A DNA stretch of 64,000 nt, taken from the NCBI GenBank assembly GCA_030324005.1, contig JARDVH010000001.1, forward strand, positions 121,675,465 through 121,739,464, given 5' to 3'. The notes below the pieces were generated by a model, which had not been told where the DNA came from, made no database searches, and saw only the letters and a program-made list of their open reading frames with translations. Source of the DNA: Negaprion brevirostris (Eukaryota). The translations under genes were made by a program, and so were the position numbers. Below are positions 23,901 through 35,900 of the stretch, in pieces (the stretch's first letter is position 1; each line of letters begins with the position of its first letter).

Positions 23901-26900
23901 AANNNNNNNNNNNNNNNNNNNNNNNNNNNNNNNNNNNNNNNNNNNNNNNNNNNNNNNNNNNNNNNNNNNNNNNNNNNNNNNNNNNNNNNNNNNNNNNNNN
24001 NNNNNNNNNNNNNNNNNNNNNNNNNNNNNNNNNNNNNNNNNNNNNNNNNNNNNNNNNNNNNNNNNNNNNNNNNNNNNNNNNNNNNNNNNNNNNNNNNNNN
24101 NNNNNNNNNNNNNNNNNNNNNNNNNNNNNNNNNNNNNNNNNNNNNNNNNNNATCAAGTTTTTTTCAATCACGGTATTTCTCACTTGCTTATAATTAAATC
24201 TTGTATATTCAAAAGACAGACTGCTGATACTTCAAAAATATTTGCATACCAATATTCTGTTGCAAAAGGTGGGAGAAAAAAGTGATGCAATAAAGATGAA
24301 AATTAGTTAACAAGCATTTGGTTTGGCCAGCAATCCAAGAATTTAAATCTCATAATTTAGGCAGTAGCCCACAATATTTTTGCAGAGTTCAGCAGAACAC
24401 TCTTGGATCCACAAACCGAAAGAACAACTTTCCAGATTATAACATAAGTGAAACAGGATGCAGTACATGCGGACCGGTTCTCCTCTAGAAAGGCAGTCAG
24501 AAACCTATGCAATTTATAGGACCCCAAATTGTGTGGTAAAAAGGAGCTTACCATCTGAGACAGGCAGATGCTTTTGTCACGCAGCAATAGAACTACAAAC
24601 ATCACAGCAGAATAACTTTCAGAGTTAACAGGGCAGGAAGTCTGATGATTCTATTTTGAGATGATGCTGCCTCATTTACATCCATTTCAGCAGGTTAAAA
24701 TCAACTACATGATCTATTGGCTGAACTTGCATGCTAATTTGTGCATTTCTTCTAAAGGGATGGCATTTCCATACAGAACCAAGTACTCATATAATTTAAA
24801 GGCTAATATAATGTGTCAGTACTTGTTAAAACATTTGTGATGTCAATACAACGTACAATGTAAATGCAGTACAATATACTTAACCTTAAAACTACTGTTT
24901 AATTTTCTCAAGGGTTAAGTGCCATCAGATGTTTTTCTTTTCTTCAGAAGACCAGAAGTATTTAGTAACAATACACCATTTTAAATTACTGATCGCATAA
25001 CCTACAATCTGCTTCTTACCTGGACTTTTCTTTAATCCTGCAGCAACTGCAGCAAAGGTAGGGCAATGGCTTTTATCTTGGAGAGTTGAGGCCTGTGGGT
25101 CTCCTCTTAGGTGTACATTATTACTGGATGATTGGCTGAAATGAACAAGCCTTTTACAAAATAGAAAGGAAATTTCAATTCTAGCAGCATTTTACATTAT
25201 ATATGTTTTTTTTAATAAAAGGGATATTTATTATTACCTTCTACTTCCTGGACTATGATGTTCTTGTAAAGCTGGGCGATAAATTGGAGAAGCCTGCTGA
25301 AAAATCCTTTGCCCTAAAGTAAATGTTTAAAATTTTAAAACACAGTATGTAAAGATGCACTTTTTGGCTTAGCAATAAACTATTAATTTCCAGATATGAT
25401 TTTGCACCATATGTGTAAACTCAGGATCAATTGTATAAAGCATCAATAATACATGAGAATATCCCATGGTGTGTTAAGTTTAAGGTACTGAAGCAGGAAG
25501 GGAAAGATTAGTTGGTGTACCTGAAAGATCAAACAGATGCACTGCTGGAAGATTCTGGAAGGTGGAGAGAGACAAGAAACCAAAGGATTTAAAAAGGGAA
25601 CGCCAGAAATAGAGCCAAAGCAGATGAAGGCGCTATCAAGCGTAATGAGGTAAAGTGGTCAAAGTGCACAGAAGGCTGGAGCCACAAGGATGAAACATTT
25701 GGAACATGACATAGGACTGGAGGAAATTGCAAAGATAGACTGGGAGAAATAATGGAGAGGTTTAAATGACAAAGACTTTAAAGTTAATATTGTGGAATCC
25801 CGAAATTACAGGAGTTCAATCAGCCCATTGAGTCAACACTGATTCTCTGACAGAGCATTCCACCCAAGCCCTATCCTCATAACCACATGTACTTAACCCA
25901 CTAATCCCCTAACCTACACATCCTGGGACACTAAGGGACAATTTAGCAAGACCAATACAGCCATATCAAAGAACCTGGGTCCAATATACCTCAAGGGTTT
26001 TGGGAACAGGACAGGTCTCATATACAATGGTTCTGGACAAATCAGGGTTTACAGAAGATAGAGGCCAGAACAGAGGATATTAGTGAACAAACCTGGAGGG
26101 TACAGGTGTGGCTTCAGGCAGAAGGCAATGCTGTGGTACAGCAGTAATCATTCTAGTCACGCATAAGATGCAAGACCAAGCTCAGTCAGATCAAACAGAA
26201 CATGGAGGTTTCACATGTTCTGATTCAAATTCAGGCCACGTAGGAAGCAGGATTGAGAGTGCAAGATACGTGGCAAAAAAGATGCTGTTGAGATGGAGAT
26301 TTTAACTCCAGTGACATGTCCACCTNNNNNNNNNNNNNNNNNNNNNNNNNNNNNNNNNNNNNNNNNNNNNNNNNNNNNNNNNNNNNNNNNNNNNNNNNNN
26401 NNNNNNNNNNNNNNNNNNNNNNNNNCCAGTGACATGTCCACCTCTATTAAGTTGTTTGTCTCCCCCATCTCAATTTGCTGGCCATTGGTCAAGCATAATT
26501 TTGGACAGCAGGAAAGCCAACCACCGCAACCAAAGGAAATAATCTCCTGCGCTTGGATAAAGTTATAAGTTTATTTATTAATATCACAAGTAGGCTTACA
26601 TTACCATTGTAATGAAGTTACTGTAAAAATCCCCTAGTTGCCACACTCTGGCGCCTGTTCAGTGCACTGAGGGGGAATTTAGCATGGTCAATGCACCTAA
26701 CCAGCACATCTTTCAGACTGTGAGGAAACCAGAGCACCCAGAGGAAACCTACACAGACATAGGGAGAACATGCAGACTCCACACAAACGATGACCCAAGC
26801 CGGGAATCTTACCCGGGTCCCTAGAGCTATGAGGCACAGTGGTAACCACTGTACTAGCCCGTGGTAGCACAGCACCAGATAAATCACTGGGCAGAGCTGT

Positions 26901-29900
26901 CAGCAGCACTTTGTGATCTTGAAATATGCCGGGTTCTGGGGAGAGAAAGAATCAAAAGGCAAGGAAGTCTAAACTTTCCTTATAGGAACTGGAAAAACAT
27001 TCCTGTTCCTACTGGCCCCACTAGACAAGTTTAGAAAAATTATATCTGATCAGATTTCTTTTGGCCCAGCTATTCTTCCTGTTGATTTCACCTTCCAACT
27101 CATGATCCCAATGGAAGTGTACTTAGGACCTGATTAAGATGCTTGACGCCAATTTGCATATTTTAAAATATCCCAACACTGTTAGCTAGGTGGTCAGGCT
27201 GCTTGCTCAAGAGGGCAGTCTGAGACAGAAGAATGCAGGGACATCATGGTATGTTGGCAGTTAAGTTTCTGGATGATTTTCACTGACTGCCCACCCAGTT
27301 TCCATCAAGCAAATGGAGCTAAAGTCACCACTGATGCCTTTAAACCCAATCTCCGAACTGCATCACCGACTACACCAACACATCCAATTCCCCACAGTAG
27401 TCATCTTTGAAAATGTCTTGATGAAGTGACTAGTGCCAAAGTGAGACTATTTTGAGTGGCTGGCCATCACCAATTACAAACAAGATTAATACTGTCTAAA
27501 CTCATTTCACAACTAAATAAACCTTCCACCATTTAGACTGGGTTTGAACGGAGGTTTGATAAGCAAAAATTCATCATCTAATGCAATCTTGAATTATAAT
27601 TTACAGATAAAACTTTATTTTGAAGTACTTACTCTGTGCAGCAGAGGGTGCTAAGTGCAATTTGGCATTGATACTTTGATCCTTTTCTCCCTCAGAACTG
27701 CTGCTGCTCCAACTCCCCCAGCTGCCACGGCTTGCTCTCACACTATCTGACGAACTGCCAGAATCAGAGCTAGATTCACCAGAACGTACTTTCCCGAATA
27801 TCACCTTCCAGTTTGGACAACAATGCCCTAAACAAAGACCCAGCACAACAGTTAAGCGAATGTCAACAAAAACAGTTATTTTAATTCATGAAAATTTAAA
27901 GCTTGCAGTGTTTCACATGGAGCAGGCTTAATTTAAAAATGTTCAGTCTGGTGGAACAATAGCTTACTTGTGCATATTAGGACATCTACAAGTTAGTTAC
28001 TGCAATTAATATTTAAAGCTACATTGCTTAGATTAATTGTGCCATTACACTACAGATATAGAAATAGGAAATACCTCCAATTACAGTATTGACCTAGTTG
28101 GATTCATCCTATTACAATATAGTGTGAGCTATATCAAGTTAGGCTAGCTGAGCAGGCTGGGATTTCAAGAAAACAGGACAAAAAATGCAACCCAATCAGC
28201 AGTTACCATTTTCTGCCTCTTTAAGATAAGCTTTTGTACAGACGTTAGCATTTTCCTNNNNNNNNNNTTTTCCATATTGCCACACCTTCCTGGATCGGTC
28301 TTGAATTCTATCCTCTTGTCTACGATTGCAGTTCCTCTCACTGTGCACATCACCTGTCTGTTCAATTGACCTAGCAAAACAGTCACAACTTTAGCCAGCT
28401 TTTAGCACAGCTTCTAACTACAAATAAATTCTTTTTAAAAATGATTTTTCCTTTAAAGATTAGAAATGAAAAATTAATAGTCTATAATCCACATACTATA
28501 AACTTCAGCCAGAGGTACAGATTTTTCAGGACATCAGGTAGGTGGAAGAAGAATCAACTTATATAAAACAACAGTTAAGATACTAGAAGTAGTCTATTTC
28601 AGGCATCCTTTTATGGAACTGACTTTCAAGTTATGGAGCACATGCTGCAAAGATCTATTATCATCATGTCAGAAATTTTAAGAGTTTTTTTTAAAAATGA
28701 AGAGATTTCTTCATCACAGAAAGAAATTTCATCTGGCTGATAAATAAGTAATTAAAGAGTCATCAATCTAAAATTGTTACTTAGCAAGGAGAGGAACTAG
28801 CAGCAATTTCTTGACACAGGAACTTTGAGGTAATAACTTCTCACATGGGTGACTGATATAGAAACCATTTCATGGAAATCACAGAAACACTACAGTGCAG
28901 AAACAGGCCATTTGGCCCATTGAGTCTGCACCGACCACAATCCCACCCAGGCCCTACCATCATATCCCTACGTATTTACCTGCTAATCCCTCTAACATAC
29001 ACATCTCAGGACACTAAGGGGTAATTTTAGCTTGGCCAATCAACCTAACCCGCACATCTTTGGACTGGTCTTTGGACTGTGGGAGAAAATCGGAGCACCC
29101 AGAGGAAACCCACAGACACGAGGAGAATGTGCAAACTCCACACAAACAGCAATCAAAGCCAGGAATCAAACCCAGGTCCCTGGAGCTCTGAAGCAGCAGT
29201 GCTAACCACTGTGCTATCGAGGAAGCTGTGGAGAGAAAGCAATGGGACTAATTTAGGATTTCCTGAGCCAGACACATTCGGCCAAATTGACTCCTTCCAT
29301 CTTGTAAATTTCTATGGTTTTAAATTTGGTGCAGCTCTAGATATCTTCTCAAATTCAACGGCATTAGGCATTCTTCTGAACAGTCCAAGCATCTTGGTTT
29401 TAGGGGAGTTAACTCGCATGATCCTAATACTCACCAGTACAATAGTGTAACCTAGAATGCAAAAAATAGCATTCCATGTGTTCTGGACCAGCTTTGTGCC
29501 TTTCAAATGTATATTTCTTTAATCTCTCTGAAGCTGGATTGGACAAGCATCTGGTCATTCAAGTCACAACACAATTATATTGCTTTATTTCACAGTAGGC
29601 AAACAGAGAATATGATTAGATTTAGTGCCTTCATGAAATAATATAAAATAATGAGGTTGTGAAGTTTCCTAATGCAAGTCACCTTGCTTCAATGGATTTA
29701 GTCCTTTACATTCTCTGCAGAGAATAACATTAGCTCTTTGTTGCCAACAACCTGTCAACTTTCAAAATCTTCCTCAATATCTAACCCTGAGTGCTTTTAT
29801 AGTCTGCCTTGTAACCAAAACTTGACTGTTCATATACTTTATTTTATTTGTTAAAGCTCAATATTTGATTCCACCCATCTCCAGAAGTTAGTCATGACTT

Positions 29901-32900
29901 AATTGGAGCTCATCTGACAATCACCTCCCTTTGAAACTCGCTCTTTCCAACGTTTAACAGGGAAATCAGGAATATTCCATCTCCCACAGTGTGAATCATT
30001 GTTATCTATCCTGGATACCTTTGTGGCAACTCCCCTACTGTTTCCAATCTTTTGTTTAGAAGTATCAATATTTAGCCTTTGTCTGCATTCTGAAAGTAGT
30101 TACAGTATGTGACCTACTCTCTTAAACCAGTGCAAATGTATTCTTAAAATATATTTTCTATATCTTTTCAAAGAAAGTTACGTTTAGAAAACGCAAAAAT
30201 GTGACAATCTATTTTGACAGCAGCTTGCTCCATTTGTACACAATTAACAATATCTGTCACCCATAAACATATTACATTATATCTTAAAAACACATCTTCA
30301 GAGATTTCATACTTACTGCACAGAAATATTCCTGTTTTTCCCACAAGTTTTTCTTCCTTTCCATTTATTACGAATTGCAACTTCGCTTTTCTCCTGCTGT
30401 CTTTTCTGCTTAATACTGTCCATGGGTGACTTTTGCTGATAGGTTTAAGTGTTTTAACCAGAATACATTGAGAAGTTTATTATAAAATGGTCTCAGCATT
30501 TTATGATNNNNNNNNNAAACTCTCAAAATTGCGCCATTTTACTTCTGTAGGGTAATCCAGTTCACAGCCTTCAAAGCTATCATCATGTTCTGTGCTATGA
30601 GTATGAGCCGCCAGAGAAAAAGTATCTTTGCACAATACTCAACAAAATTTCAATTCAGTATTAAAAATAAATGTAAAGTACATTAAATGAACAGTGAGAC
30701 TGCACAATGGGATAGTATCACTGTGACAATGTGTGGGCCTGAAGCACTAGCAGTGCTCAGAAGCTGCACACATACCACTTACTGCAAAAGAGGAACAAAT
30801 GGTCTAGCATTTATCATTATTTTTAACCTTAAAAGAGTGACAAACTGGTTTAGTGAAATGCTTTTGAAGTTTAGTCACTGTCATAGTACAAGAAGTGGAA
30901 CAATTTGTGAGAAGCAAAGTCCCAAAAGCAATAATGAAATGACCAGATCATTTGTTTTTTGGTGTTGGCTGAGACATAAATATGGGCTAGAACATCTGGA
31001 GAACCTATCCCTGAAGTGCTGAGAGTTCTTATGTCTACGTGAAGGAGTAGACAAGAACTCAGTTTAATGTCTCATACTAAAGGGAGCACTCATTGGACTG
31101 TCAACCTAGATTTTGTGTCAAATCTTTGGAACAAAACTTGAACACACAATCTTCTGACTTGGGGCACACGTCATATCACTGAGTCAAGGCCAAAAGGTTC
31201 AATAAGGCTTCAACAAAGAGAAAGCATATAGTGTAACTGGAGCACCAGAACAGCACAATGGGTGCTTCAGGAGAATTTGTGGTATCCCTTGCTGCTGGAC
31301 CCATTCCTTAAATTACTTCTTTTGATCAAAGAATTCCTACTCCAGGACTTCCAACACCCCAACCCATTTTTTTTCTTAAGATACATCGTTAGACAGTTGC
31401 AACCATGAAAAAGGTTATAAACCAGAAAACATGCACCTAAAAATACTATTTTTTATGCTTCTGTTCTGTACAAAATTAAAGCGTGTGTACCTCAATTGTG
31501 GACAGAGACTGTGTTATAAATGAAGGCAGTCCATTTTGTAGGACTGGCACATGAGCCTTTTCTTGAAGTTCATGGGGCAACTGCTCTTCTGTCTTCCTAT
31601 TTTCACTGATCTTCTCCATTATTCCTTGTTGTGGCTTATCTGAGTATTAGAATTACAACATAAATAAAACAGATTAACAAAATATCATTTCTATTTTTTT
31701 TAAATTTAAAGCTAGTTCTCTTCCCATTGCCTCCCTTCACACCAGGGTTTATTCACCACTCCTGAAAGAGCCATCATTCTCTTTTGGATAGGAATCCACA
31801 AGAACCAATAGTTCTCCATTACCTCAGCTAAACAGTATTACTTACAACATAAAATTTCTAATAGATGGAGGGAATGTGAAAAAGGGTACACTGAAGTGTG
31901 ACTGTATCCAAACCTGTCCCCACTTGTCACTTCATAAATCTCCTGACAGAATCACTGAATAACAGAACAGGAACTACCATTGATTTCCTTTACCAAATTC
32001 AGAGACTCAAGTTGAGTGCAGAATTCACATCAGTGCTGGAGTTGAAATCAGTTACCTCAGCACANNNNNNNNNNNNNNNNNNNNNCTCCTCCGGTGAGTT
32101 TAATTGCCCATGAGATAAATTGGAATGGAGCCACCATGTTGCATCTTTATATGGATCTGGCACAGCAACATGTTCTCAACTTATTTCTCAGGCGTGCGGA
32201 TGCTGTTTAATAGAGTAATGACCAGCTCTCTCCAGCTCAGTGCTATATAGAGCAAGTGTTTCTGGCCTGCTTTATTCTAAGGCAGGCAACAGTCTCAAAC
32301 CAATTTAAAGGGAGCACCAAACAAAATCTGTAATTTCAGGCAATAGGTTTTGACTAGTAATTCATTTAGTGTTCTTCTTGCAACAGCATCATAATGGGCT
32401 ATGATACTGCCTTATAAAAACTATAATCTATCTATTCAACATATACTGGAACACAAAGATGAATCATTGTCAATTAAAAGACATTAAAACACTGCTGTTA
32501 GAATTATTTTCCATTCTGAATAATTCTTAAAATATTAAAATACCTTTAATAATGGATGAAGCAAATTGTGTTTCATCAGTCCTGAAGCTATCTTCTGACA
32601 CCAGGCAATCATGGCTTTCATCTAGAGTATGTGCTTGGAAAGATCTGTAGTGATTCAATTCTTTAATGTCAGGGATAGGAGGCTCAGAGCTTTGTTCCTC
32701 CGACAGTACACAGGTCACAAGTTCGTTATCAGTAGTAGGCTCAGTTTCAAGAAAAAATGGCTTCACTTCACACTCTTGTACCATTTCCTCTATTTTTTCC
32801 AGATCCTCTCCTGCAAATGGTCCATAACTTTCATCATGTAGCTTCATATACGGAGGAATCTCTGTGTGAGGTTGCTGTTCCTTTGGACTATAAAATGGCA

Positions 32901-35900
32901 TGTCACTGGTCTGCTGATATTCTTCACTGGTCCCACAAGCAACGTTTGTAGATGTATTCAATTTACTTTTGCTGCAGTATTTGAGCTTTCTCGTACAATG
33001 GTTTGAGTTAACAGGACTCCGCTTCGAGGTATTTTGGTTTCGTACTGAGGGCCCACTCATTGCTACAACTCCTCTTCCTTTCCCCCTGTCTGACAAATTA
33101 TTGCCTTCACTGTAAGCCTTACAGCCAGTTCTACTTAACCTGACAATAAAATAGAAACTATTAAAATTATACCATTGAGAATTAATCTAATTTTAATGGA
33201 TGTTGTATTAGCAAAGTTTGTTTTTAATGAATGTAAATTATTGACTTGCTTGTGGTTAATTAAACATTATTTCTAGTGTACATATACTACTTGAGATTTA
33301 GTTAATTGTGTATTATCAGCATGATTACTGATGTGAACCAAATGGACAAACAAAACATGAACCACTGCAAAAACAATGCTTTTTTCTGTAGCTAACATTT
33401 GTTGAAAATGTTATTACTGAAAGCTTACTTGTAAGTTGTGGAACCAAGTGTGTTAATGGAGGTTCTATCCTGTTGGAGCAGCAGGGAGGTATGGTACAGT
33501 CTTGATCTAGATTGACTAAATTCTGTCAAAATGTAGTGAGCATGTTGGTAGGCCATTATGATGACGCAAAACAGCAGCAAACTACAAAACAAAAATTGCG
33601 TATGATTTCTCCAGCTCATTGAAAAGAATAGAACAATAAATCAAAAACTTGCAATTTAGAGATAAAACGTTATATAAAACTAGCAAAATCTAGAAAGTTT
33701 TAATGGGGAATTGCAAATTAAATCAGAGGACAATGCAATGTTAGGGGGAACATTTTAGAGCCCAGCTGATTTTATTTTCCACTCAGGTCCACACAGGAAT
33801 TTCAAGCACCGTGTACAACGGGCACCTCATCTACTATCGTCTGTTTTGCCCTCAGAATATCTAATGACCACATAACTTCAACAAAAATGTTGCTGTCATT
33901 CCATTTCTTAAGAGAACAGTGCAAAGATACACTCGTTTAAAGTTAAGTCACAGCTTTAATAAAACCCATTTTCTTTACAACATAAAATAGCAGCTCAAAT
34001 CATAATCTAGGAGCCAAGGAACCTCGACGCAAGTAGGAAGCCCTCCTTTTTTAAGTTTCTGTTTACATTGGATATCAGAATGAAAAGAAAACCTGTAGAT
34101 TGCATGAAAATAAACGCTTAAACAATTACCAAAGACTGTTGCCAAGTTGTGGCACACTTTCAGCAAGATATCTTATGAGATATCAGGGGCTCCCTGAGCC
34201 AGGAAGTGGCTTTAAAAACTGAGGCTGGAAATTTACAGGACTTTTGATGGCATGCTTGGAGGTGGGAAGGCTGGCCAAGTGGCAACTCTCGGGGGGAGGC
34301 CACCGTCTTTAACTGAAGACAGACCTGGCGGCAACAAATTCCAGCCCTGGATCCCACAGCCTAAAGGTGGATCACCACCCAACTACCCTTCGGTCCTGAT
34401 GGCTGAACCCCTGCCACCTGTGAAAAATCCCAGCCCAAACTAGGGAGGCGTTGGCCTGGTGGCACTATTGCTAGATTATTAATCCAGAAACTCAGCTAAT
34501 GTTCTGGGGACCTAGGTTCAAATCCCAGCATGGCAGATGGTGGATTCTGAATTTAATAAAAAATAAATCTGGAATTAAGAATCTATTGATGATCATGAAA
34601 CCATTGTCTATTGCTGGGAAAACCCAACTGGTTCATTAATGTCCTTTAGCGAAGGAAATCTGCTGTCTGGACCACGTGCGACTCCAGAGCCACAGCAATG
34701 TGGTTGACTCTCAATTGCCCTTGGACAACTAGAGATGAGCAAAAAGTGCTGGCCAGCCAGCAACACCCATGTCTCACGACTGAGGGCAGCACAGTGGCAC
34801 AATAGTTAGCACTGCTGCCTCACAGGACCTGGGTTTGATTCCTGGCTTGGGTCACTGTCCGTCTGGAGTTTGCACCTTCTCCCCGTGTCTGTGTGGGTTT
34901 CCTCCGGGTGCTCTGGTTTCCTCCCACAGTCCAAAAGATATGCAAGTTAGGTGGATTGGCTATGCTAAATTACTCCTTCGTGTCAGGGGGACGAGCTAGG
35001 GTAAATGCATAGGGTTATGGGGACAGGGCCTGGGTGGGATTGTGGTTGGTGCAAGCTTGATGGGCCGAATAGCCTCTTCCTGTACTGTAGGATTCTATGA
35101 ATAAAAGAAAAGCAAAAACAACGTGTGCCCTGATGTTTATGAATCCTGGCATGAGAGATTTGGGACAGGATTAGAAAGCAAATCAGTAAAAATAATTCCT
35201 GAAATAAATGGCTACAAATGGGAAAATCCTCTTTAATTAGAAATGTGAATTCTTAAACCTATCAATTTTCCACCAGGGGTAAAAAAAAAAACAAGGTGAC
35301 AAGACTCAGGTAATCAACGTACAAAGTTGACACTTGGATTCCAGCATCAAATTAACTTACTGGGTACTTTAAATAAGTTTGCTTTGCAACAATTACACAA
35401 AACAATAACATCACAATAGCTGTTGCCATATTAAAACTGTACTTTAAGAATATGCAAGTTTCTTGTTAAATTTCTGACCAGCTAAACAGGCAGATGATCA
35501 TCCAGAATGGCTGCTCCCAACTCAGCGCTGGCACCAAGTCTGCACAAAGAGGTAACAAGTGGTGTGGAAGAGTCACATTCAGAGTGAACTGAAACTGCAA
35601 GCCCCTTGCAGTTAAAAGCTGTAATTCACGGATTACCCAGGAAGTGGTAAAATCTGGTGTAAACCTGGACAAAGAGGGGAGAGAGAAATTTAGTCACAAA
35701 GCAATGTGACCAAACTGAACAAGTTTAATCTGAAAAATAACAGAGAGTCTATATGTGGGACTAAATTCTATGCCACAGATATAGCCCACTTAACTCATTC
35801 ATCTTTAACCATCTATAGAAATTTTTTTTTTCCAGCCACCATATTTGCCTCCAACATTTGAAAACATAGGCTCTCAACCTGCTCCCTAGATTACTATCAG

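Noticed and set aside
26306-26443. Identical ccagtgacatgtccacct on both sides of a 100-N gap
   Set aside because: Most simply an assembly overlap artefact, and it cannot be told apart from a TSD.
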